Shown here piece after piece: positions 11,982-22,953 of a stretch of 23,846 nucleotides of DNA. A program made the position numbers and the translations under genes. The DNA comes from Podospora anserina. Its lineage: Eukaryota. The notes below the pieces were generated by a model that did not search any database, was not told the origin of the DNA, and worked only from the letters and a program-made list of their open reading frames with translations. Where the stretch lies: NCBI GenBank assembly GCA_017654855.1, contig CM030333.1:5208001-5231846 (forward strand). Reading direction: 5' to 3'. Each line of letters begins with the position of its first letter. Positions within the stretch are counted from its first letter, which is position 1.

Positions 11982-12329
11982 TTTAAATATTTATTTAAAA
12001 GTTAATTAATTTATATAATTAAAAGTTTATTAGAAAAGGGCTTTAATTAGAATTAAACCTATACTTTTAAAAACTTTAAGACCGTATATACCGCTTAGTT
12101 ATTATGCTTTAAGATCTTTATATTATCTTTTAAGCGATAATACTAATAAATAATAAATTTATAAACTTTATATAAAAATTATATAATATTTTTTTACTAT
12201 TATATAATATTTTATTATACGATATTTATATTATTTTATTATACGATATTTATATTATTTTATTATACGATAAGCTTACTATATAACCGTCCGGGAATTA
12301 AATATCTATATTTTTTAATTAAACTTTAT

Positions 12330-13967
12330 TATACGGCACTTAGACGACTTAATTAGAATAATAAAACTATATTATATAGTTAGTTTGTCGAGGGATTTAG
12401 AAGAAAAGGCCTGCTTTGTAGACCTAGACCCCGGCAACCGTACGCCACTGCCTTTTTGCCGAGGCATGCCCTAACTATTATACGGAACTAGTAACTATAC
12501 GCTACTGCCTTCCTGCCGAGGCATGCCCTAACTATTGTACGGCACCTAGACGCTTTGATCGGAATAATAACGCTTTATTATAAAGCTGGCCTGTCGAGGG
12601 ATTTAGAAAAAAAGGTCCGCTTTTAAAGACCTAGATCCGGCAACCGCACCTTACTGCCTTCCTGCCTAGGCATACCCTGACTATCGTACGGTACTTAAAC
12701 GCCTTAATCGGAATAACAAAGCTCTGTTATATAGCTGGGCAATCGAGGTAATTAGAAGAAATGGTCCTAGATCCTCGTAGCCGCACGCCACTGCCTTCGC
12801 GCCTAGGCGAGCCTTGTTTACCGTACGGGACCTAGACGCCTGGATCGGAATAACAAGGCTCTATTATATAGCTGGGCAGTCGAGGTAGTTGGAAGAAATG
12901 GTCCCAGATCCTCGCAGCCGTACGCTACTACCTTCGTGCTTAGGCGAGCCCTAATTACCGTACGGGACGTAGATCCTTGCAGCCGCACGCCACTACCTTT
13001 ACGCCTAGGCGAGCTTTGCTTACCGTACGGGACCTAGACGCTTGGATCGGAATAATAAGGCTTTGTTATATAGTTGGGCAATTGAGGTAGTTGGAAGAAA
13101 TGGTCCTAGATCCTCGCAGCCGCACGCCACTGCCTTCGTGTTTAGGCGAGCCCTAACTACCGTACGGGACGTAGATCCTCGTAGCCGCACACTACTGCCT
13201 TTATGCCTAGGCGAGCCTTGCTTACCGTACGGGACCTAGACGCTTGGATCGGAATAATAAAGCTCTGTTATATAGTTAGGTAGTCGAGGTAGTTGGAAGA
13301 AATGGTCCTAGATCCTTGCAGCCGTACGCTACTGCCTTCGCGCTTAGGCGAGCCTTGCCTACCGTACGGGACCCAGACGTCTGGATCGGAATAATAAAGT
13401 TTTATTATATAGCTGGGTAATCGAGGTAGTTGGAAGAAATGGTCCTAGATCCTCGTAGCCGCACGCCACTACCTTCGTGCCTAAGCGAGCCCTAACTACC
13501 GTACGGGACGTAAATCTTCGCAGCCGCACGCCACTGCCTTCGCGCTTAGGCGAGCCTTACCTACCGTACGGGACCTAGACGCCTGGATCGGAATAATAAA
13601 GCTTTGTTGTATAGCTGGGTAATCGAGGTAGTTAGAAGAAATAGTTTTAGATCCTCGCAGCCGCACGCTACTGCTTTCGTGCTTAAACGAGCCTTACTTA
13701 CCGTACGGGACCTAGACGCTTAGATCGGAATAATAAAGCTTTATTATATAGCTAGCCTATCGAGGGATTTAAAAGAAAAGGCCTACTTTAAAGAAAAAGG
13801 TTTGCTTTTATAGACCTAGACCCCGGCAACCGCACGTTACTACCTTCTTACCCAGGTACGCCCTAACTATCGTATAGGACTAGTAACCGTACCTTACTAC
13901 TTTCCTACCTAAATACGTCTTAACTATTGTACGGGATTTAGACCCCGGTAACCGCACGTTACTACCC
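12330..13967. repeat. GC-rich composite tandem array (E2)
   Basis: GGAATAA anchors at 12355, 12561, 12710, 12847, 13049, 13251, 13388, 13590 and 13727 (spacings 206, 149, 137, 202, 202, 137, 202, 137). The 202 unit is the 137 unit plus a duplicated 65-bp subunit. Confidence 0.92.
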
Positions 13968-14099
13968 TTATCTACTTATACGTAACCCACTTTACCTTTA
14001 ATAGGATATCCTTTTTTAAAAAAACTTACTAATAAACTTTAATTTAATAATATTTCGTATTATATATAATTATTATATTATTATTAATACTATATTAAA

Positions 14100-14655
14100 A
14101 TAAATCCTTTTATTTATATTTCCCGCTTTTAAATTTTTATTTATAGGAAATATAAAGTAATTATTTTTATAAATAAAGTATTTACTTATTTTTATATATT
14201 TTATAAAGATATTATAATTATAAATAGATTAAATATCGTATGAAAGTATAATAATTTATTAATAGTTTTTCGAAAATAATAAAATTTAATAAACTTTATA
14301 TTTCTTTTTATAGTAATTAATTTAATTTTAAAACTAAAGAAACTTTTTTTTAATAAATTAAAGTACGATATTTACGTTTATATTATATGGATTAAGAGGG
14401 TAATATAAAAGTATTACTATACGAGGTACGATTAGGTTAACCTTAATATAAAAGGGGGAAATATTAAAGTAACTTAATAATATTAAGGACTTTAAATAAT
14501 TAGGATATATTATTAACGGTTTTTTAAAAGTTAATTAATTATTAAATATTTTAAGGTACGATTAACGGAGCCGGTAGTCGGGAGTTCTAACCTCGTATAA
14601 TAAATTTAAAAACGAAAAAAATAGTTTATAGTATTTTATTATACGATTAGCTTAA
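14100..14655 (+). pseudogene. DUF3505-like zinc-finger gene 5' part, RIP-inactivated, cut at the E3 terminus
   Basis: Colinear with 22954-23509. Starts ATA(ATG) AAT CCT TTT = MNPF. Confidence 0.7.
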
Positions 14656-14756
14656 CCCTATCAGTTATTCTCCGATGGATTGTAGTACAATCCGTTAAAA
14701 AGCGCACCAAAAAAAAGGCCCCACTTTAGAAATAGGGGGTAGGATCCGTTAAAGAA

Positions 14757-17250
14757 TTTAGTTGTACAATCCGATAGGATTTCTCCCGTTAAAATAAAAA
14801 GTAAAGATAGTATTAGAATCGCCTGGACGAGCTGCATAGAATGGTATAAGGTACATTATCGTACGAGCGGTATAGAATTATAAACAAAAGATATGAAGTT
14901 AGGTATAAGTATGCTGGTAATGTACGTGGATAGTAAAGTGAGGTTAAGTAATAGAAGGGTAAGTTATACGATCTAATAGGATTTCTCTCGTTAAAATAAA
15001 AAATAAAGATAGTATTAAAATTGCTTAAACGAGTTATATAGAATAGTATAAGGTATATTATTGTACGAGTAGTATAGAATTATAAATAAAAGATATAAAG
15101 TTAGGTATAAGTATACTAATAATATATGTAAATAGTAAAGTGAGGTTAGGTAATAGAAGGGTAAGTTGTACGATCCGATAAGATTTTTTTTATTAATATA
15201 AAAAGTAAAGATACTATTAAAATTACTTAAATGAGTTATATAGAATAGTATAGGGTATATTATTGTACGAGCGGTATAGAATTATAAATAATAAATATAA
15301 AGTTAGGTATAAGTATATTAGTAATATACGTAAATAGTAAAGTAAGGTTAGGTAATAGAAAGGTAAATTATACGATCCGATAGGATTTCTTTTATTAATA
15401 TAAAAAGTAAAGATACTATTAGAATTATTTAAACGAACTATATAGAATAGTATAGGGTATATTATTATATAAGCGGTATAGAATTATAAATAGTAAATAT
15501 AAAATTAAATATAAGTATATTAGTAATATACGTAGATAGTAAAGTAAGGTTGGGTAATAGAAAAGTAAGTTATACGATTTAATAAGATTTCTCCTATTAA
15601 AATAAAAAGTAAAGATATTATTAAAAATAATTAAACGAGTTATATAGAATAATATAAAGTATATTATTGTACGAGCGGGATAGAATTATAAATAAAAGAT
15701 ATAAAGTTAGGTATAAATATACTAGTAATGTACGTAAATAATAAAGTAAGGTTAGGTAATAGAAGGGTAAGTTGTACGATCCGATAGGATTTTTTCTGTT
15801 AAAATAAAAAGTAAAGATAGTATTAGAATCGCTTAGACGAATTATATAGAATAGTATAAGGTATATTATTATACGAGCGGTATAGAATTATAAATAAAAA
15901 ATATAAAGTTAGGTATAAATATATTAGTAATGTACGTAGATAGTAAAGTAAAGTTAAGTAATAAAAAAATAAGTTATATAATCCGATGGGATTTTTCCCG
16001 TTAAAATAAAAAGTAAAGATAGTATTAGAATTACTTAAACGAGTTATATAGAATAGTATAAAGTATATTATCGTACGAGCGGTATAGAATTATAAGTAAA
16101 AGATATAAAGTTAAGTATAAATATATTAGTAATATATATAGATAGTAAAGTAAGGTTAAGTAATAGAAGGGTAAGTTATACGATCCGATAGGATTTCTCT
16201 TATTAATATAAAAAGTAAAAACATTATTAAAATTACTTAAACGAGCTATATAGAATAGTATAGGGTATATTATTATACGAGTGGTATAGAATTGTAAATA
16301 GTAAATATAAAGTTAAGTATAAGTGTGCTAGTAATGCACGTAGATAGTAAAGTGAGGTTGGGTAATAGAAGAGTAAGTTGTACGATCCGATGGGATTTCT
16401 CCCATCAAAATAAAAAGCAAAGATACCATTAGAAACAACTAAACGAGCTGCACAGAATAGTAAATAAAAGATATAAAGTTAGGTATAAGTATGCTAGTAA
16501 TGTACGTAGATAGTAAAGTGAGGTTGGGTAATGGAAGGGTAAGTTGTACGATCCGATGGGATTTCTCCCGTCAAAATAAAAAGCAAAGATAACATTAAAA
16601 TTACCTAAACGAGCTACATAAAATAGTATAAGGTACATTATTGTATAAGCGGTATAGAATTATAAGTAAAAAATATAAAGTTAAGTATAAATATACTAAT
16701 AATGCACGTAGATAGTAAAGTAAGGTTGGGTAATAGAAAGGTAAGTTATACGATCCAATAGGATTTCTCCTATTAATATAAAAAATAAAGATATTATTAG
16801 AATTACCTAAACGAGCTGCATAGAATAGTATAGGGTGTATTATCGTACGAGCGGTATAAAATTATAAATAATAAATATAAAGTTAGGTATAAGTGTACTA
16901 GTAATATACGTAAATAGTAAAGTAAGGTTAGGTAATAAAAAAGTAAGTTGTACGATCCGATAGGATTTCTCCCATTAAAATAAAAAGCAAAGATACTATT
17001 AGAAATAACTGAACGAGCTGCACAGAATAGTAAGTAAAAAATATAAAGTTAGGTATAAGTATACTAGTAATGCACGTAGATAGTAAAATAAAGTTAAGTG
17101 ATGGAAGGGTAAGTTATACGATCCGATAGGATTTCTCCCGTTAATATAAAAAGTAAAGATACTATTAGAATTACCTAAACGAGCTATATAAAATAATATA
17201 AAGTATATTATCGTATAAACGGTATAGAATTATAAATAAAAAATATAAAA
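14757..17250. repeat. 202-bp tandem array, 13 anchors, two 166-bp deletion units
   Basis: Anchors at 14765 ... 16381, 16547, 16749, 16951, 17117. The units starting at 16381 and 16951 lack 36 bp. Confidence 0.95.
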
Positions 17251-17280
17251 TTAATCGATTTTTATTATTATATAACTTAT

Positions 17281-17799
17281 TTAATTATCGGAATTACTAA
17301 TAACTATAGGCTCCTAATTCTTTTCTGCCACTCTCTTATTTTCCTCGCTCTCTTCCTCGGCTTTAGTACCGCTTTATTTAGCGGTATAAAAGCTATATTT
17401 ACTACCGTAATCCCTCTATTTATAATTACTATAAGCATTACCTTAGTACCTATCTATCGTATAATAATCCTTAAACGGCCCTCTATTAAGCTTATTAGTA
17501 TAGGTAGTATAGGGAGAGGTAGCTATTAAATTACGGTTCTAGATTAAAACTATATTTAGGTAGTTCGGACGAGTTAGTACTTTAGCCCCCTTTACTTTGC
17601 CGGAGATGTATTCGATATCGGCCGATAGTAGAGCCGAAATTATTTATTATGTTTCCTATATATTTATTAATTTAAGTATTATCGTACGGGAAAGATATAT
17701 ATTAATATTAATATAGAAGCTATTTATTAGGCTCTTAATATAAGGCTGGCTAGTGTCGATAACTTCGTACGAGCCACGGGTAATAAGGATAAGAGCTAT
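17281..17799 (-). pseudogene. DUF3716-like Cys-cluster protein gene (~170 aa), RIP-inactivated (best-preserved copy)
   Basis: One minus-strand frame whose stops are all TAA/TAG (revertible to CAA/CAG/TGG). Reverting TAT>TGT gives ..RPNY....I..SPCTTC..KLNRGPFKDC..IDRYQGNACSNCKWRDHGSKCSF...EEESEE...EPIVISDSDD*, i.e. the CxxC..GPF..C..CxNCxW..C pattern of fungal DUF3716 (PF12511). The start codon is uncertain. Confidence 0.75.
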
Positions 17800-18122
17800 T
17801 TTAAATATTTATTTAAAAATTAATTAATTTATACGATTAAAAGTTTATTAGAAAAGGGCCTTAATTAAAATTAAACCTATACCTTTAAAAACTTTAAAAC
17901 CGTATATACCGCTTAATTATTATACTTTAAGATCTTTACATTACCTCTTAAGCAATAATACTAATAAACGATAAATCTATAAACTCCGTATAAAAATTAT
18001 ATAATACTTTTTTACTATTATATAATATTCTATTATACGATATTTATATTATTCTATTATACGATAAGCCTACTATATAACCGTCCGGGAACTAAATATC
18101 TATATCTTTTAATTAAACCTTA

Positions 18123-19081
18123 TCGTACGGCACCTAGACGGCTTAATCGGAATAATAAAGCTATATTACATAGCTAGCCTATCGAGGGATTTAGAAGAAA
18201 AGGCCTGCTTTACAGACCCAGACCCCGGCAACCGCACGCCACTGCCTTCCTGCCGAGGCATGCCCTGACCATCGTACGGGACTAGCAACCATACGCCACT
18301 GCCTTCCTGCCGACGTATGCCCTAACCATCGTACGGCACCTAGACGCTTTGATCGGAATAATAACGCTCTGTTACAAAGCTGGCCTATCGAGGGATTTGG
18401 AAGAAAAGGTCCGCTTTTAAAGACCCAGATCCGGCAACCGCACCCCACTACCTTCCTGCCCAGGCATGCCCTGACTATCGTACGGCACCCAGACGCCTTA
18501 ATCGGAATAACAAGGCTCTATTACACAGCTAGGCAGTCGAGGTAATTAAAAGAAATGGTCCCAGATCCTCGCAGCCGCACGCCACTACCTTCGCGCCCAG
18601 GCGAGCCTTGCCTACCGTACGGGACCCAGACGCCTGGATCGGAATAACAAGGCTCTGTTGCACAGCTGGGCAGTCGAGGTAGTTGGAAGAAATAGTCCCA
18701 AATCCTCGCAGCCGCACGCCACTGCCTTCGTGCCCAGGCGAGCCCTAACTACCGTACGGGACGCAGATCCTCGCAGCCGCACGCCACTGCCTTCGCGCCC
18801 AGGCAAGCCTTGCCTACCGTACGGGACCCAGACGCCTAAATCGGAATAACAAGGCTCTGTTGCATAGCTAGGCAGTCGAGGTAGTTAGAAGAAATGGTCC
18901 CAGATCCTCGCAGCCGCACGCCACTGCCTTCGTACCCAGGCGAGCCTTGCCTACCGTACGGGACCCAGACGCCTGGATCGGAATAACAAAGCTCTGTTGC
19001 ACAGCTAGGCAGTCGAGGTAGTTGAAAGAAATAGTCCCAGATCCTCGCAGCCGCACGCCACTACCTTCGTGCCCAGGCGAG
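18123..19081. repeat. GC-rich composite tandem array (E3), truncated
   Basis: Anchors at 18149, 18355, 18504, 18641, 18843 and 18980 (spacings 206, 149, 137, 202, 137). Confidence 0.92.
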
Positions 19082-19182
19082 CCCTATCAGTTATTCTCCA
19101 ATGGATTATAGTACAATCCGTTGAAAAGCACACCAAAAAAAAGGCCCCACTTTAGAAACAGGGGGTAAGATCCGTTAAAGAA

Positions 19183-20738
19183 TTCAGTTATACGATCCGA
19201 TGGGATTTCTCCTATCAAAATAAAAAACAAATATAGTATTAGAATCGCCTAAACGAGCTACACAGAATAGTATAAGGTATATTATTGTACGAGCGGTATA
19301 AAATTGTAAGTAAAAGATATAAAGTTAGGTATAAGTATACTAATAATATACGTAGATAGTAAAATAAGGTTGGGTAATAGAAAAGTAAGTTATACGATCC
19401 GATGGGATTTCTCCCGTTAAAATAAAAAGTAAAAATAATATTAGAATCGCCTGGACGAGCTACATAGAATAGTATAAAATATATTATCGTACGAACGGTA
19501 TAGAATTATAAGTAAAAAATATAAAGTTAGGTATAAGTATATTAATAATATACGTAAATAGTAAAGTAAGGTTAAGTAATAGAAAAGTAAGTTATACGAT
19601 CCAATAGGATTTCTTTTATTAAAATAAAAAGTAAAAATACTATTAAAAATAATTAAACGAGCTATATAGAATAGTATAAAGTATATTATTATACGAGCGG
19701 TATAGAATTATAAATAAAAAATATAAAGTTAGGTATAAGTATATTAGTAATATATATGGATAGTAAAGTAAAGTTAAGTAATAGAAACGTAAGTTATACG
19801 ATCCGATAGGATTTCTCTTATTAATATAAAAAATAAAGATATTATTAAAATTGCTTAAACGAGTTATATAGAATAATATAGGGTATATTATTATACGAGC
19901 GGTATAGAATTATAAATAGTAAATATAAAATTAAATATAAATATATTAATAATATATATAAATAGTAAAGTAAGGTTAAGTAATAAAAGGGTAAGTTATA
20001 CGATCTAATAGGATTTCTCCTATTAATATAAAAAGTAAAAATATTATTAAAATTACTTAAACGAGTTATATAGAATAATATAAAGTATATTATTATATAA
20101 ATAATATAAAATTATAAATAATAAATATAAAGTTAAATATAAATATATTAGTAATATACGTAAATAATAAAGTAAGGTTAAGTAATAAAAGAGTAAATTA
20201 TACGATCTAATAAAATTTTTTTTATTAAAATAAAAAGTAAAGATACTATTAAAAATAATTAAACGAGTTATATAGAATAGTATAAAGTATATTATTATAC
20301 GAGCGGTATAGAATTATAAGTAAAAAATATAAAGTTAGGTATAAATATATTAGTAATGTACGTAGATAGTAAAGTGAGGTTGGGTAATAGAAGGGTAAGT
20401 TATATAATTTAAGAAAATTTTTTCTATTAATATAAAAAGTAAAAATACTATTAAAATTATTTAAACGAGTTATATAGAATAGTATAAGGTATATTATTAT
20501 ACGAGCGGTATAGAATTATAAATAATAAATATAAAGTTAAATATAAGTATATTAGTAATATATGTAAATAGTAAAGTGAGGTTAAGTAATAGAAAAGTAA
20601 ATTATACGATCCGATAGGATTTCTTTTATTAATATAAAAAGTAAAGATATTATTAGAATTACTTAAATGAGTTATATAAAATAATATAAAGTATATTATT
20701 ATACGAGTAGTATAAAATTATAAATAAAAAATATAAAA
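19183..20738. repeat. 202-bp tandem array, ~7.7 units
   Basis: Anchors at 19191, 19393 ... 20605 (8 anchors, exact 202-bp spacing). Confidence 0.95.
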
Positions 20739-20768
20739 TTAATTAACTTTTATTATTATATAATTTAT

Positions 20769-21287
20769 TTAATTATTAGAATTATTAATAACTATAGGCT
20801 CCTAGTTTTCTTCCGCCACTCCTTTATTTCCTTCGCTCTTTTCTTCGGCTTTAGTACCGCTTTATTTAGCGGTATAGAAACTATATTTACTACTGTAATC
20901 CTTTTACTTATAATTATTATAAGTACTACCCTAATACTTATTTATCGTACGATAATCTTTAAACGGCCCTTTATTAGGCTTATTAGTATAGGTAGTATAG
21001 GGAGAGGTAACTATTAAACTACGGCTTTAGATTAAAACTATATTTAAGTAGCTCGGACAAGTTAGTACTTTAGTCCCCTTTACTTTACCGGGAATGTATT
21101 TAATATCGGCCGATAGTAAAGCCGAAATTACTTATTATATTTTTTATATATTTATTAATTTAAATATTATTATACGGGAAAAATATATATTAATATTAAT
21201 ATAGAAGCTATTTATTAGGCTCTTAATATAAGGCTAACTAATATTAATAACCTTATACGAGCTACGGGTAATAAGGATAAAAGCTAT
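20769..21287 (-). pseudogene. DUF3716-like gene, RIP-inactivated (copy in E4)
   Basis: Colinear with 17281-17799 at offset 3488. Confidence 0.7.
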
Positions 21288-21514
21288 TTTAAATATTTAT
21301 TTAAAAGTTAATTAATTTATACGATTAAAAGTTTATTAAAAAAGGGCTTTAATTAGAATTAAACCTATACCTTTAAAAACTTTAAAACTATATATACTAC
21401 TCAGTTATTATACCTTAAAATCTTTATATTACCTTTTGAGTAATAATACTAATAAACGATAAATCTATAAATCCCGTATAAGAATTATATAATACTTTTT
21501 TACTATTATATAAT

Positions 21515-21602
21515 ATTCTATTATACGATATTTATATTGTTCTATTATACGATATTTATATTGTTCCATTATACGATATTTATATTATTCCATTGTACGA
21601 TA
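21515..21602. repeat. 24-bp VNTR (TTCCATTGTACGATATTTATATTG-like)
   Basis: 4 TACGAT-containing units here, 3 in E2 (~12210-12272) and 2 in E3 (~18028-18066). Confidence 0.8.
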
Positions 21603-21659
21603 GGCCTACTATGTAACCGTCCGGGAACTAAATATCTATATCTTTTAATTGAACTTTAT

Positions 21660-22821
21660 TATACGGTACCCAGACGGCTTGATCGGAATAATAAGGCTAT
21701 GTTACACAGCTGGCCTGTCGAGGGATTTGGAAGAAAAGGCCTGCTTTGCAGACCCAGACCCCGGCAACCGCACGCCACTGCCTTCCTGCCGAGGCATGCC
21801 CTGACTATCGTACGGGACTGGCAACTATACGCCACTGCCTTCCTGCCGAGGCATGCCCTGACCATCGTACGGCACCCAGACGCTTTAATCGGAATAATAA
21901 CGCTCTGTTGCAAAGCTGGCCTGTCGAGGGATTTGGAAGAAAAGGTCCGCTTTTAAAGACCCAGATCCGGCAACCGCACCCCACTGCCTTCCTGCCCAGG
22001 CATGCCCTAACTATCGTACGGCACCCAGACGCCTTAATCGGAATAACAAGGCTCTGTTATATAGCTGGGCAGTCGAGGTAGTTGGAAGAAATGGTCCCAG
22101 ATCCTCGCAGCCGCACGCCACTGCCTTCGCGCCCAGGCGAGCCTTGCCTACCGTACGGGACCTAGACGCCTGGATCGGAATAACAAGGCTCTGTTGCACA
22201 GCTGGGCAGTCGAGGTAGTTGGAAGAAATGGTCCCAGATCCTCGCAGCCGCACGCCACTGCCTTCGTACCCAGGCGAGCCCTAACTACCGTACGGGACGC
22301 AGATCCTCGCAGCCGCACGCCACTGCCTTCGCGCCCAGGCGAGCCTTGCCTACCGTACGGGACCCAGACGCCTGGATCGGAATAACAAGGCTCTGTTGCA
22401 CAGCTGGGCAGTCGAGGTAGTTGGAAGAAATGGTCCCAGATCCTCGCAGCCGCACGCCACTGCCTTCGTGCCTAGGCGAGCCCTAACTACCGTACGGGAC
22501 GCAGATCCTCGCAGCCGCACGCCACTGCCTTCGCGCCCAGGCGAGCCTTGCCTACCGTACGGGACCCAGACGCCTGGATCGGAATAACAAGGCTCTGTTG
22601 CACAGCTGGCCTGTCGAGGGATTTGGAAGAAAAGGCCTGCTTTGGAGGAAAAGGTTTGCTTTTGCAGACCCAGACCCCGGCAACCGCACGCCACTGCCTT
22701 CCTGCCCAGGCACGCCCTGACTATCGTATGGGACTGGCAACCGCACCCTACTGCCTTCTTGCCTAGGCACGCCCTGACTATCGTACGGGACCTAGACCCC
22801 GGTAACCGTACGCCACTACCC
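21660..22821. repeat. GC-rich composite tandem array (E4)
   Basis: Anchors at 21685, 21891, 22040, 22177, 22379 and 22581 (spacings 206, 149, 137, 202, 202). Units are nearly identical. Confidence 0.93.
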
Positions 22822-22953
22822 TTATTTATTTACACGTGACCCACTTTACCTTTAATAGGGTATTCTTTTCCAAAAAAATTTATTAATAAACTTTAATTTA
22901 ATAACATCTCGTATCGTATATAACTATTATATTACTATTAATACTATACTAAA

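Larger units (their letters stand above)
7555..14655 (+). mobile_element. Element copy E2 (7.1 kb, ends inside the DUF3505-like gene)
   Basis: Terminus at 7555. Colinear with E3 and E4 (offsets 5818 and 8854 verified at anchor points). The sequence switches to a new terminus at 14656. Confidence 0.85.
14656..19081 (+). mobile_element. Element copy E3 (4.4 kb, ends inside the GC array)
   Basis: Terminus at 14656, same module order as E2. Replaced by a new terminus at 19082. Confidence 0.85.

Noticed and set aside
12330-13967. rDNA intergenic-spacer subrepeats or ribozyme array
   Set aside because: No rRNA sequence is nearby, and no complete hammerhead core (CTGANGA...GAAA with stems) was found by eye. 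An Infernal/Rfam scan of the deRIP units would settle it.
14656-14700. Canonical Helitron 3' end or piggyBac TIR
   Set aside because: A hairpin is present but the minus-strand end is GATAGGG, not CTRR. TTAA precedes only one of five termini, and no matching transposase is visible.
18191-22839. Short ORFs (62-139 aa) in the GC arrays, also 13042-13239 and 16429-16638
   Set aside because: By-products of repeats with 137/149/202/206-bp periods that shift frame every unit; no protein-like features.
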